A program made the position numbers and the translations under genes. 64,000 bases of DNA from Tubiluchus corallicola (taxonomy: Eukaryota > Animalia > Priapulida), in assembly GCA_030141605.1 (NCBI GenBank), contig JAQGDQ010000016.1:808282-872281 (forward strand), read 5' to 3'. The notes under the pieces were generated by a model. It had not been told where the DNA came from. It made no database searches and saw only the letters and a list, made by a program, of their open reading frames with translations. Positions 42,050 to 56,709 of this stretch are shown here, piece by piece. How positions within the stretch are numbered: the first letter of the stretch is position 1; every line of letters begins with the position of its first letter.

Positions 42050-42520
42050 CCTTATAGACTTCTTTTTGGTGTTGATACATCGCCTTACATATATATATAT
42101 ATAAGGACTTGTATATATAGGTACATTTATATACGGACTTCTTTTGTATGTAGATACATCACCTTGTACAGCCTTCTTCAAGGTGTAGATACACCATGTT
42201 ACAAACTTCTTCGTGGTGTTGTCCTTCGTGGTTTACATTTCGAACTGCAACCGCACAGTCTTGAGTTCGAGATTAAGCCGCTGCCAAGGCAGGACATATA
42301 CCCTACATGTTATTTGTTATTTGTGTGTTTGCGTCCTTGCTTGTATTGTTGTAAGTCGCTAAATAGGAGTTAGTGCTAAGTTAAATGAGCGACAGCAAAT
42401 AGATCTTGTCTTTGTCTTTTTTTGTTGATACATCACCGTACAGACGTCTTCGTGGTGTACATACACCACCATGCAGACTTCTTCGTGTTTAGATATACCG
42501 CCTTATAGACGTCTTCAATC
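42050..42520. repeat. Degenerate ~32-bp minisatellite in two blocks
   Basis: Unit resembles GATACATCACCGTACAGACTTCTTCGTGGTGTA, at ~42050-42220 and ~42425-42516. Confidence 0.75.
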
Positions 42521-45129
42521 GATAATTAATTTGTCTTTCAATTCGCTTATTGGTTTCCGCTTAGTTTAACTGCTTAGGAAGACAGCGCTTCTGTCTGTCT
42601 ACATTTCAACAAATTGCTATAGACTTCCTTTCATTTACCGCTTGTTGAATTACGTTTTGGACGTTTATAGAATAAAGACGGATATAATAAGATGTGTAGA
42701 ACGACACAAATAACTCGTTCCTCACTTGTTTGGGAATGTTTGCTCAACACTCGACTATTATAAAAAAAATCAGACATAGTCCAAGGACAACACACTCATA
42801 AGTTGTGTACTATGATGACGAAATGTTTTGATGACCGTGTCGGTTTTGACTTGTGTGATGATAAATTTGCAATGTTGTCATTTAAAATTTGTTGAGTCAT
42901 GACTTAGTACTACCGTCCATTATTAAGAACGCCATTCCCAGTTTCTGGGAAAAACGTTTTCCACAAAAACCATAAATTTTTTTCGTAATACAGTTATTAA
43001 CAATTCGTCGATTTATTTTGGCCCAACCACAGTCATCTATTCGTGTATTCGTTTTTTGTCATTCTTCAATTTATCTTTTTTGATCATTTTTGTTTGTTTT
43101 TAATGTTAAGTTCACGAATTCCTTTATGTATCCAATCACTCTTTCGTTAGCTTATTTTTTGCGTTTATTTTGTTTTTTTATTTATTCATTCATTTTATCC
43201 ATATATCCTTATTTAATTTTTAAAAAATATCTCTTCCATGAGCATATTATTTGGCATTACATTTGCTTAAAAAGTATTATAACGTCGATTAAAGACTCGC
43301 AAAAATTTGTATTATTGAGCAACGGTGGTCCACCGATAAAGAGCCAACCGCTGCTTCAAATTAACAAAAAATCAAACAGCCAATTGCGGGATATATAACT
43401 TTAGCGTGTTCGCGTGCCGTTTACATATTGTAAAACAAATTCACACATCGCTTCACTGCTAGCAAGTTATAAGAGCCAAACGACTAAATTATACTCTAGT
43501 TCTTTTCCTTTTTCAATTTCTACTGAGATGAATATTATTCCACTTGAAATTTCACGTCCTTTTGTTTATCGTATTGATTGCTTGGTGCCTTAGCGTCGAG
43601 ACTAATGTGATTGCTAAAACAGAAAGTATTACACGAACTCTGAATAGACAACAAGAGATGTTTGATTACTTAATGTTGGAGATGTTCAAGAATCTCTTTC
43701 TTTGTTAAATGGCTTTACATTTACAATGATTCACAAATGGAATGAAACTTATCTTTATTGAAGTAGCCATGCCTGGCCATAATTTCATATTTGGACAATA
43801 TAAGGACAGAGCTACCTTAACAATGCCTAGAGTTTGCCATTGAAACGTATACGCGTGCGACAAAGATGTAAACATAATTTTGTCTTATTTTATTTTATTT
43901 TATTTCAAGTCTTATAAAGATTCTACATTTTATAAAACATGGAAACCAACAGACTTATATAGCTTAATGATGCGGTTAAAATTACAACGGTACAAGAAGT
44001 GGTATTAGACAGCTAATTATGAACTAAGATAAAATAAGTTTGAAGCATTATGCGGTAGAATGTATACCATATACACGCCTATATAGCTTTGGTACTAAGC
44101 TAACGTGTCACCTAGAAAAAATCTCATAATTTATTAGATAAGTTCACGAAATCCATATGGCATGCCGAGAGCGGAAATTAAGTTTTCCCCTTTTTGCCAA
44201 AGAAACTACTTTTATTCTGTTTTGATTTTGAAAGTGCGTGGTACAAGATCTATATAGGCAGCAAATGATGCCACATTAAGATATCTGATCGAAAAAGTCT
44301 CGCGTATATTTATAATTCGTGAAAAAAATTAATGGCACTCACTCAACATTTGATTAGCTAAATAATGTGGCTACCAGAGAAAATGGTCGAAGTAATTACG
44401 GTATATTACCTTACAAATTTACTCAGTGCATATATGACTAGTTTTTTCAATGTCAGAAATTTATTTATGTAAATTTGGCGAGTTGCAAAATAAGGAAAGA
44501 GGTGGGGGAAGTACTTCACCTTGCAAACTTACTCAGCGCAATTTTGGTTAGTTTCTTTTAAGCCAGAAATTTGTCTATGCAAATTAGATCGCTTCCAAAA
44601 TTACTAAAACCTGCTGCAATTTTATAACCCCATTTTAGGCATTCGAGACTTAATCGTGTTTGTCGAATACTTTACAGCTTATACGTAATACGTTTTGATA
44701 AATTGCTGTTTGCACCAGTTTAGCCGAGCGAGAAATTGGGAAAAGAAGCCTGTCGAGTGATTTCGCGCTCTACACACTTGTTGTCAGCTTTCTGATTGGT
44801 TAACAATGCTGTTCACGCGGCGCAACATACCGATCGACGCACTCTTTCTACACGCTAAAAGTAAATACTGAACAGTGCATATAAATAAAATTTGCATTAT
44901 AATATGTACCAGCTTATACAAAACTGCTATTTTGTTTTTGCATAAAACTAGTGTATATAATTATACGTTCGCTTGGAATTGGAGTATAACGCATAAGCAA
45001 ATATTCTTCCAAACAATATACAGTTTTAAAAAGCCTATCAGTTCGAAGTTTGTTACCCCCATCATCATAAATCTTTTTCAAAATATAGATATTATATCTA
45101 TCCTATAGCTGCTTATTAACGGAGTAAAG

Positions 45130-47000
45130 CAATCTGCGGGCACTTGATGTACCTTCATTAATTCAAGTATGTTTAAACCCAAGTTTATACAAAATATTCC
45201 TAATGAACGAGACCCAGTTATACGTTTTCGTTGTCCTTTTGTTTACAGTCCAAATGTGCATTGTAAATTAGACTATCGCAGGGTGTTTCCAGTATAGTTT
45301 ACAACTAAATTTACAACAAAGACAAAAGTTGGGTATATACCCATTTCTCCTCTAACAGCCAAGTTACTAGCTTTTGAATGTACATGTAACATCTGTTTAC
45401 AAAATTTTAACTGAATAAGTTCACTTTTTAATTTATCATAATCTGCATCGAGAGTATCATGAATAAATGAGTTTTCAGTACTAAAGGCAGTTGGGCCCCA
45501 TGCTTCGGCTCCATATGTGATAATGGACCTAACAAGGAATTATCTTTTTTGATGGCCAAGTCAATCGGCACATCATATTGTAAGAGTTTCCCTATTGTTC
45601 CGAACATGGCTTTTTGACCTTTACCTTTCAACATGAGTATACTGTCAGAAAATGTTGATGATGCATAGAAATCAGCGCCAAGGTATTTATATTTTTGGCT
45701 TATTTCGATCAATTTCTCATTAAAATAAAAGCGTTCGCGCTTCAAGATTTTACCTGACTTATTAAAGAGTATTATTTTGGTTTTGGTTAAATTAACAGTT
45801 AGAGCCCATTTATCACAATAAGAAGCCAGTTTGTCTAAACATATCTGTAAACCACTTTCACTACTAGAGACGAGTACAATATCATCTGCATATAATAAAC
45901 AGTTAAATTTCTTGTTGGCTAGTTTAACAGGGTCACAATTTAACGTAAAGATACTTTGTAGATCGTTAACAAAAATTGAAAATAAAACTGGACAAAGTAC
46001 GCAAGCTTGTTTTAAACCAAGGTTAGATAAGAAACCTTCAGTAATTCCTTCAGACAGGTTGACTGCATAATCACTTTTAGAATACATATTTCTAAGTATA
46101 GTAAAAAAATTGCCATTGATGCCATGAATTAATAATTTGTAATATAATTCTTCTCGCCATATTGTATCAAATGCTTTGCGCATATCAACAAAGCATGTGT
46201 AGAGATGATGTCCTGTTTTTATAAAATTTCCGCAACTGTTTTGAGGGTAAATATATGGCCAGCACAACGGTACCCTTTTCGGAACCCTATTTGTTTATTA
46301 GTCAGTAGTTTCTGTTCCTCGAGGTAACTTTGGATACGTTCATTTCAAACTGTTGCGAACACTTTACTCAGGCAACTAGATACAGAAATACATCTATGCT
46401 TACTAAACATATCTGCGTTACCAGTTTTATAAATAGGCACAATATGGCTGTCAGACCAAATGCGTGGATATACACCAGTTGAATAAAGGGGATTAAATAA
46501 TTTACATAGGCTAAAACCCATTAGAACTACTGACGATTTTAACATTTCATTAGTTATGCAATCGAAGGTGCAAGACATTGTTTAATGTGTTTACACTCTT
46601 TTTTATTTCCTGCACTGTGGATCTATAGTCATGCTCAGGAGAACTGTGCGGTTCTTTTTTGCGCGTTTCTTCAATTTGTCTTGAACTATTAGCGTCATTG
46701 GTAATATTGCTGTTCATAAGACTTTTAAAACAACTTACCCATTCAGTGGAATCAAATGGAGTTTCTTTAGGTTTTGAATTTTTCTTCACTTGTGAAATAG
46801 TACTCCAAAAGGCTGCAGGATTAGATTTTTCTAGATTTTTTAGCTGCCCGTTATTGCCTCATAGCGAAGCGTTGCAATTTACTAAGTTATTTTTGCTTTT
46901 TAAATAGCTGTTTTCTTAAAGCTGTGTCAAAGTGGTTTCTGGACAGCTTACCATTTAAGTTTTTCATTATATTTAATACTGCCTCGCAGTTTTTATTAAG
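45130..47000 (-). mobile_element. Decayed non-LTR retrotransposon (RTEX-like) with RT domain; longest ORF 45428-46267
   Basis: CFVDMRKAFDTIWR, GLKQACVLCPVLFSIFVNDL, CLLYADD and YKYLG; downstream ITYGAEAWG and VRGEMGIYP; several frameshifts. Confidence 0.9.
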
Positions 47001-49724
47001 CCAAGGTTTTTATTTCATTCATTTTCTTAGAGCGCCTTATAGATTTTTATAAACAATAGATATATTAAATAATAGATTTTATAGATTTTTCAGCATCTCC
47101 TTTTTTCAACTCATTCCCGCCAGGGTAATAATTCTTGTAAAATAAACCGAAAATGGTTTGTGAACATTCTGGCATTCACAATCATAACCTAATAAATGAT
47201 TTTTATGAAACATTTTTACCTTGGTTCAATGATCTCTCCTAATTTTGATAAATTTATACCTTGTATATATTTTATTGATTTTTTATTTTACCGCATTCTT
47301 AACGAAAGAAGTGTGGATTTTTTCCAATGTAAACCTATGCATATAATCGTATTTGTGACTTAACAAAGCAGGCTGGCATAAACGGTAATACAGTTTGCCA
47401 GTCTTACCTTTAACAAACTACTGTATATTTTATAAATGTTCTTAGTAAAATAAAATAATGATAATAAATAATAAATAAAACATAATAATGACGACTAATG
47501 AGAGAAATAGCAGGTATAATTTTTCATTGCCGACAGGTAACAAGATAGAACAGTTCACAGGAAAATGAGTTTATATAGCGGAGCCTGCAGTGTAAATTCA
47601 TGCGCAAGTTGTTTAAATCTCTAAAGATATGAATCGGACTAAAAAGCGCCAGAACGTGTCCTAGCCTCACTTTATCATGTAAACAAGATTTTAAAAAGTG
47701 ACAGTAAAAAACACTATCTTCTCTGTAACATGACGTCTTTCTTCAATGACCCACCAGCTAATTTATATAGATATAAACAATCAATTTACGCGGCTTTGTT
47801 TTCGATACAAACCTATATTAATTCTGTATCCTGCGCCCAACTAAATAGAACGTATAAGTTTGCTTTGCCCAGCATTCATTTACTGTGGCTAAACCTACAA
47901 TATTACCAAACCTCACATTCTGTTAGTTAAAAAAGGCGTATGCTAAAAAAGGAAGCCATGACGTGTTCAGTGATAATGGATTTATACTTTGAAAGTTGAA
48001 ACCATTTCCTTTCGAGCCGGAATCCCTTCTATTCTATACAATTTTCAGTTTTTTTTCTGAAATTAAATGGAACTAGCTCACTGGTACTATTTCGCCCCCT
48101 GGTGCTAGAGCCGGATAGGGATATAATGACTGTGTATCAGTACGCATTAGGTTAAGCAAACACGTGGCAGATGATTTTCATATGTGTGTGTAGAATCGTT
48201 AAGGGAGGATACTAGTGCATACAGATCGATCATCGCATCAAACCCATTACTCGCTACGTGATCTACTGGCTGATCTAAGTGATCTTGAGTAAGCGCCAAT
48301 GAAACCATACCGAAATGGACAATACTAACTCACAGGCTAACTTTAACGTGAAAATTACCGTTTTTCACATTTACGTATTACATATTGCCTCAAAAATTCG
48401 AAAATTTGTCATACATTCATTCACTCACTCATTTATTCATTCATTCGTGCGTTCACTCATTTATTCATTTAGTTGTTTGTTCGTTCATTCGTTTCTTCGC
48501 TCGTTTATACATTCATTCATTCAGTTCGTTATACTATTTATCTTAATAAACTTGTCAGTACACTAAACAACAACTAACCAATCAAGTTACCTTTCTAAAA
48601 CTGTTTGCTCTTTCGCAATTTGAAATACTTCCAAGTTTTCCTAGGCAACATTAAATTTTCTAAACCTCTGTGAATGAGTTAACAGAAATTGTTTACATTT
48701 TCTATTTTATTTGGTTCGGCCCTCTGCAAACCGAGATCTAGCACTCAGTGGCCGGGCGTATACATAAAAGCAGCTTAATTAGCGCAGCCTAAGTAATTAT
48801 CAAGGATAAGCTTCTAAGGTGAGACACTGAATACGCAGAGGTGTCTTGACTACGTTCAGATAGTCTCTAGAAAAGTTTTGAGCAGTTTTGCAGAAATCGC
48901 TCAGAAACAGTTCGTCTGACATTCAATCACTTACTCACACTTGCCCACACGTTGATTAACTTCATAACAAAGCACACACTGTGACCACTCTGCTATATCT
49001 CAGCCCAATAAGCTGTAAAGCAGCATCAAATTCTCTTCCCGGCGCATAAACGAACGGTATTGACTAGACAGCTAGAGAACAGCTCTTCAAAATAATGGCT
49101 GTTCACAATCTACCGCCATCATTTCAGTCTTATTCGCTGCCTTTACTTGAAAAGAGAAACACTGTGCTAAGATCGATGGTCATGAGTGGAAAAAGTTGTT
49201 AACATCTTTTGTGTCAGAAACGGGATGACATATGCTGATTATCTTTGTCAATGTGTCCTAAGAACAATAGCAAAAAGCAGACTAACTGGCGTGTAGTGTA
49301 AAAAATAGTGTTTATTATTGTTATAGTATAGTGTTTTACATCATCACTAGCATTATCTCATCATTATTATGCATCGCGACTGCTGCTGTAGTCATTACCA
49401 AAGGATACAAGAGTTTAAAACAGGCAAACTCAACAGCTCAGGAAATATGTTTAAGGGCTTCGTAACATCTATAGACTTGTCACACAGATTGTTTGCCACT
49501 GCGTTTATTATTGTTGGTAGTGCATTATATTGTAGGTGTATATTGTATAACCAGTAAATCATCACATAATTTCCTGACGTGGACAGAATAAATAATAATA
49601 TTTTGTGTTTTCCTTTTAGGCCTACAAGTGGTGCTGAAATCTATCATCCGCGCGATGGCACCACTATTGCAGATTGCATTACTGGTGCTGTTCGCCATTG
49701 TCATTTTTGCTATCATCGGCCTTG

Positions 49725-50290
<566 letters not shown>

Positions 50291-50513
50291 ACATTCACAA
50301 CGAATTTATTCTCAAGAGTGTTTAATTATTGTTAATATCTTGCGAAACCAAAGAAGATATGCACTAAGTTAAGCACAGGAAAGACTTTGATTATTTTTAA
50401 ACCTATAATATCGATGTAAAAATCCGCGCTCATATGATCTTTTCAACGAATCATATTACTTTCCTTCCCCAACTGAATGATGTGAATAACGAAAAGCTTT
50501 TTTTGACTTCTAG

Positions 50514-50731
50514 ATGAAATCATCACAGAAGGAAATGATACGCCTCCCACGCCTTGTGGTTTCATTGACGGTCCATCAGGGGTGCGACTATGTTACCCCG
50601 GCGAGTGCCGTGGGGACGGTGGTTGGATTGGACCAAATTACGGTATCACCAATTTTGATAACATCGGCTACGCCATGCTTACTGTTTTCCAGTGCATTAC
50701 CATGGAGGGATGGACAGACGTTTTATACTAT
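50514..50731 (+). CDS. cac: Cav2 exon 6 (turret and pore loop I): ...[36 protein letters not shown]
   Basis: 218 nt; selectivity-filter Glu codon GAG at 50705-50707; AG/GTAAGT boundaries. Confidence 0.97.
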
Positions 50732-50909
50732 GTAAGTTTTTGCATTCACAACTCAATAAGTCAAAAGTCAGTATCACAGTGAAATACGCAATAGGCCTAG
50801 TTATTCTTTGTTCAATTGGCTAAAGTATTGTCTGAAAGACAGACAGCACTATTTCCGTTTTGTAAATGTTTCAGTCCTCCGCGTTCTACCGGGTGGAGGG
50901 GTGAAAGGC

Positions 50910-50914
<5 letters not shown>

Positions 50915-51001
<87 letters not shown>
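50915..51001. repeat. (CT)n microsatellite
   Basis: Direct reading. Confidence 0.97.
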
Positions 51002-51003
<2 letters not shown>

Positions 51004-52064
51004 GAACTAGCACTAGAACTCTCATTTGCTAAACTCTCACCAGACATGAATGTTCCGCTGTTTCGTCGCTTTAAAAATAATGTTTGCTATTTTCTTTTAA
51101 CCAAGCTGCCCGTACCGAATTTATTTTGCATTTATTCCCAAACAAACAAAAATATTTATTATTGCTCATCTGTCCGTCATTTCTGCAGGTAACTCTTTGT
51201 ATCCTCATTGCTTAGACTCATCAGCATAATATGCTGGTAGGTTTCCATAGCAACCACAAAGAAGTTAACAGTGGTTGTAACGGATGTCATTGGCTTCTAT
51301 ACAGCAAAATTCGGGAGTTTCGCGAAGCCAACCTTTTGTAATTCAGAGCTGGACTATTCAGCAAAACGTGCAAGCCATATAAACTTGAACAACATTTTTA
51401 ATCATGTCTTTTTTGATTCTCTTATTTGATTAGTATTATACTGATACTAATATTGCCTGTTGCCTAATATAACTTGCTTTTAATGACAGTTTTTCTAAGT
51501 AGGGCCTATTTTTTATATTTAGTTGTAATGTCCTACTACCTGGATAACGTGCGTTAAGCATTTGTATGTTTATCAGTTTTATTGTGAGAAAAAGAAAACA
51601 AAACGAAGTGACAACAGTAAAATGACATTTTCTGACATTTTAAACTTTTACAACCCGGCCAAAGTTGTAGGCTACACCCCAGCGTACATGCAAGCATTTC
51701 TTGTATGTAGAAACTGATGAAAAAACTATGTCATTCGTGCTAAAAGACTGTCTTATGTATAACAGTATTACAGCAAACCAAAATGATTGCCCTAAATAAA
51801 AATTAGATTGTGCCTATATTTTCTTTATTTTATCTTCCATTTTCAAATGGTAACCACATTTAGTAGCAGTCTGCCAGACAACTTTTTTGGCACGAACGTA
51901 GCTTCAAAATACGCTAAGTAGTTCATAAGTGTATTACATCAATTTTTTCATTTGATAATGTATGTGTTAATTACAAAGACATAAACATTTTATAGTATAA
52001 TAATAAATTAGAAATTACATTAACGATGTCCATCTAGCCTTGATAAAAATCTATTTGTTTTCAG

Positions 52065-52168
52065 ACAAATGACTCATTAGGAAGTATGTTTAACTGGATT
52101 TACTTCGTTGTGTTAATAGTTCTAGGATCGTTCTTTATGTTAAACCTTGTTCTTGGTGTCCTTAGCGG
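52065..52168 (+). CDS. cac: Cav2 exon 7 (IS6): [35 protein letters not shown]
   Basis: 104 nt; ttttcag acceptor; GTAAGT donor; [15 protein letters not shown] motif. Confidence 0.97.
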
Positions 52169-55100
52169 GTAAGTTAGCATCTATGAATTCAACTTTATTA
52201 AACATTCAGCGTGTTACACATAAAAAAAATGGTCAATTAGTTGTGACTGTTACGTCTTTGCGGAATTTGGTTGTGTTAGTCTAATCCATAGATAACTTAT
52301 AATTATATTACATTTACTAATACTAACTTTTGAACTGGCCTGCTTTGCTAGTGTTTACCATTGACTACTGAACCTATTAGGGGGTTTAATACAGTAATAT
52401 GAAAGACCTATTTATTTGTCCTAAGTAGTGCAAATGCCTGTCTAAGTTTTAAAGCACTGTTGAAACGTATAGATAGTTTACGTGTACACTAATTGTTGTG
52501 TAATCACCATCACGAAAAGTACATTCTTACTAAAAATTTTGCTTGATTAGACTGCCCGACTACATCAACAGTTACAAAGAATTTTATTGCAATTACGGTA
52601 ACGAAAAATGCCAGCCAAACCATCCTCACACTAACTTATGAACATGTACTTTTGTGTCTCATTTTAATATGCTGAAGTAAACAAAGAAAAGTAAAGAGTC
52701 AGGCAGATGAATGTGCACCTTTGTTGACAATAATGTACATGTTCCATACCAAGAACATTGTGCATTATTTGCATGTTGCTATTGCCGCTAGCAATCTTTA
52801 CTGCTAATAAACGAAAGCGTTTCGTAGAAAGCGCTGGACTTCTGGGACACATATGTTGATAAATGTTGCGCTCGGCCCAGCAAATGCTAAAATAATGGCT
52901 GTAGAAGTGTCCACTGCATAGAGGGAGTGAATACAAAAATGCTGATATGTTTCGATTGCATAAAGTCTCAAGTTCATAGGAGTTTATTCGTAACACAAAT
53001 CAGCGAATGAATCACGTCATGAAAACAGTTAAACAAAAGTGCAATAGTAATTGCTAAATATATAAGGGGGTAGGAATTTACAAGTAAATTTTCCTCTCCT
53101 CTTCATCTACTTATTATGGTACATTTTATATTTTAAAAAAACTTCGTGGCTCCGTGACATGTTTTTGTTCATGCACATTTTTACAATGTTTGTAGTAGTA
53201 ACTTAATGATGCTAGTGAAGTAACGTAATCGAAATTGATATTGATTTGGATAAAAGATATATTTTTTTCGGAGAATACTCTTGTAATTATTGCTTGTAAA
53301 ACAGCACGTTCAAAAATTTTGCATAGTTGTTTATAAAAGTGATGTAAGGCGGTAAACATTTAAGATCCAATTCTCACCTTTTTATTGAGGTTTCAGTCAA
53401 GCTACCACGAAATACACTTAAAAAGTAATTGTTTAATAATCGGTACTAAGGGCTCACAAATCCTATTTTTTGTCCTTTAGGAAATACCATCGAAACCAAA
53501 TCTGGTTTTAGAGGGCATGTTCTCTGTAATATTGCAAACTTCGTTGCTCGTAGTTGGGTGGAAATCAACCGATGATTCATTTAGACAATAGTAGAAAAGA
53601 CTAAAGAATTGTAGTAGGAATTTTATCTGCTTTGATTACAAGCAAAAACGAGTTCATTAACTTTTCTGTAGCTTATAAAAACTAAAAGATCTATTATTAA
53701 AAGTTTAAGTGTCCGCAATATGCCTTAGCGGATATTACATTCTCTGATGACGTTTATGATGTCCTGCCACATGTTTAAGCATGACTGGAGATCTATGCGG
53801 CAAAGCTGAATATATCCATTCTTTCTTAAACATAACTTTTACCATGTATTTACTATTACATCATGGGCAACTCATTAGTACTGATTACCAATTAGCGACA
53901 TTCGTTTGCGCTGGTGAAAGTCATTTACAAAGGCCTGCATGCAAGCGCCAGCATGCAAGTATTATTTTATTGAAATGTTACAGTAATGAATTATAGTTAA
54001 TGTTCATGATTTTCTATACAGCTGCCACTATAACTTAATAAAACCGCCCGTTATAAAAGCTAATTATAATTACGCATAATACATTGAATTACTGGAAAAT
54101 GATATTAGTGGCATCCTACAGGAAACAGAAATTTTAATTATAACAATTTTGTTCTAAAGGGCTTACCGTACTTCAGATCCCTAGTGGACGAACTATATAT
54201 GCCATTTTTTAGGTTCAGTCAATAACTAATGGCACAGATGAATAACAAGAATTGAAGAATATTTTTACAAACTTTCAAAGCTATAACATAACTTGCAAAT
54301 GGCGTAAGCGAATAAAAAAATTGTATGTGCGGTGTAAAAATTCCTAATTTGAAAAACACAATATAGAATAATCAGTTTAAATTGAATCATGCAAGCATAT
54401 TAGTTTACTTTTATCGAACTAAACAGGCTAATTAAAATTACCGCTGTTTTAAATGAGAAATATACTAATTAATTTTGGCGGTTTCCTCGTTGATGGGGTT
54501 AATTATACATACGTCCAAACGTGACTGAAGGACTTCTGTCAGTTCAGTACCTTATCCTAGATGATTAGCCTTGATAATGAGCTCGGTTCAGTTCCCGCCA
54601 TAACCCACCACAAAAAGAAGGCCCAGCAATTAAACGGTGGATTTCAGCTTGCAGGGTGCCAAACTGTACATAAAAACTGTATTTAGTATTTTTTGATAAG
54701 GTAATTACACGATACTTTAATTTGCCCTGTCTTGGTTTCGTTTAATCGTGGGACTTGTTTAGTGCCTGAGCGCTTCAGACTCATTAATTTAATGCTTAAC
54801 TTGCCCAAGAATAAACTAAACTAAACTCTTTTAGTAGCTTTACTACGATTCATGGAAATTAACTTTGCTTCTTTGTGCGCTTAAATAGAAACAATTTGCC
54901 ACGTAAATTTTATCGTCTGTGATAAAATGCGTTTTGCAAGCCCAATTGAATTGCTACTCGCAATAAGACAGCCTGTGCAAGTTTCAGGGCACTTGCATTC
55001 TAGATAGATCAGTTGAAGCTTTTGTAATCAAGTTTTCTGTTAAAAACATTCACAAAGCTAGTCGTCGTAAGGTTCGTCAAGCAAAGCGTTCATAAAAAGC

Positions 55101-55949
55101 TATGTTTAATTAGTATTTAAAGAAAGTCTGTTGATTTCCATAACAGTTATCCGAAATGATTATAATAGGCTACAATTGTTCTTCAGTTGTTATTCAGCTA
55201 TGGCAGCTATTAAATGTTTAGGCTCATGATAAAATAATTTTTGTGTGCTGTCGTGAATGCTTCTCGCAGTAGTCAAAATAAATATTGTACTCACATACAG
55301 TGACACACGATATAATAGTAAACTGAACAAAGTGCCTAATCGGATAAACTAAAAACTTTAATTTCTAAAAATAAAATATGTACATACTATATAGGCATTT
55401 AGGTACTGTTCTTGTCAAAAACGACTACCTTGACTACCTTATAAAAAATTAGGGGCTGCGTAACTAGACAGAAAAAAATAGGACTTTAATTACGTAAGTA
55501 CATTTTGATGATTCGTTTATGCATCTCAATATGCAAACGCAAAATATGACACCATTTATTAGTGTTAATCATCGATATCCAGGCAATTGTTATCTAATGA
55601 AATTGAATAAGATGCTCAACTAAATACTTTTGAACTATTTTTTGTTTGTTGTAAAAAATCTGGGTACTAAATTTTAAAGAACTAGGAAACATACTGATAA
55701 TCACTGATCATAACAAAATCTTGAGGCTCGGGGTGTGTTTCTTAGTCCTGTGTATGCAGGTGAGTGCTTTGAACAGATCTGCGAGTTGATGCTTGGCTTT
55801 CAACTATCTTCCACGAATATTACTTCTGACTATGGTAAGCCTAGTTTACATAGTAGAAAGGCTTTTGTAAACATGTTAATTATTATCAAGATTATCGGAC
55901 GTTAATAATTGTTCTTTCTTGTCATGGGCAATTACAACATCATTTTTGA

Positions 55950-56156
<207 letters not shown>

Positions 56157-56649
56157 TAACCTTTTCATATAGGCCTCAAGGCTGGTGCTGTATCATGCAC
56201 ATGTAGCAGTTACTTTGAAACTTTAGGTGATAAACGTTTTTTATGAAGTATTTTGACAACTTGTTTGCCAATGTTTTGCTTTGTGTACCGATCTTACTTA
56301 ATTCTGATAAAATTATTTAAAATTTTTGCAATGCTTTCCGTTGTTAAGAGCACCTTTGATGCTATTCGCATTTTTACAGAGTTGGTAATGTAATTAGCAA
56401 TACTGAAATGCAGTGAGAAAATATAAACTTCACAATGACTGATTCTTTGAGGAATTCTAATTAAGAACTGAAAGCACAGAATTGTAGATAAATGACTTCT
56501 GAGAAACGACGTGATCCTACATTCCATAATCCAATCCAATTGCAAATACGATTATTTTTAGAATAACTCAGTTTTTGCTATTTTGATTTTTGATAGGAAT
56601 TGTGTATATAAATAATTACCACTATAGCAAAAATATTTGTCTTTTGTAG

Positions 56650-56709
56650 AGGAAGTTATTCTTGCAGAGGAACGAACAACAGACGAGGAAAAGATGCAAA
56701 TAATTGAAG
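56650..56709 (+). CDS. cac: Cav2 exon 9: EEVILAEERTTDEEKMQIIE
   Basis: 60 nt, phase 1-1; ttttgtag acceptor; GTGAGT donor. Confidence 0.93.

Noticed and set aside
42164-42373. Alternative IS4 exon (LLRGVVLRG)
   Set aside because: Derived from a 32-bp minisatellite; lacks S4 periodicity and suitable splice sites. No mutually exclusive IS4 exon was found by eye.
45428-46267. Intact or domesticated reverse transcriptase gene
   Set aside because: Frameshifts and stops on both sides plus substituted conserved residues indicate a decayed LINE.
53481-53580. Alternative I-II exon after a strong acceptor
   Set aside because: In-frame TAG after nine codons in the required phase, and no donor.
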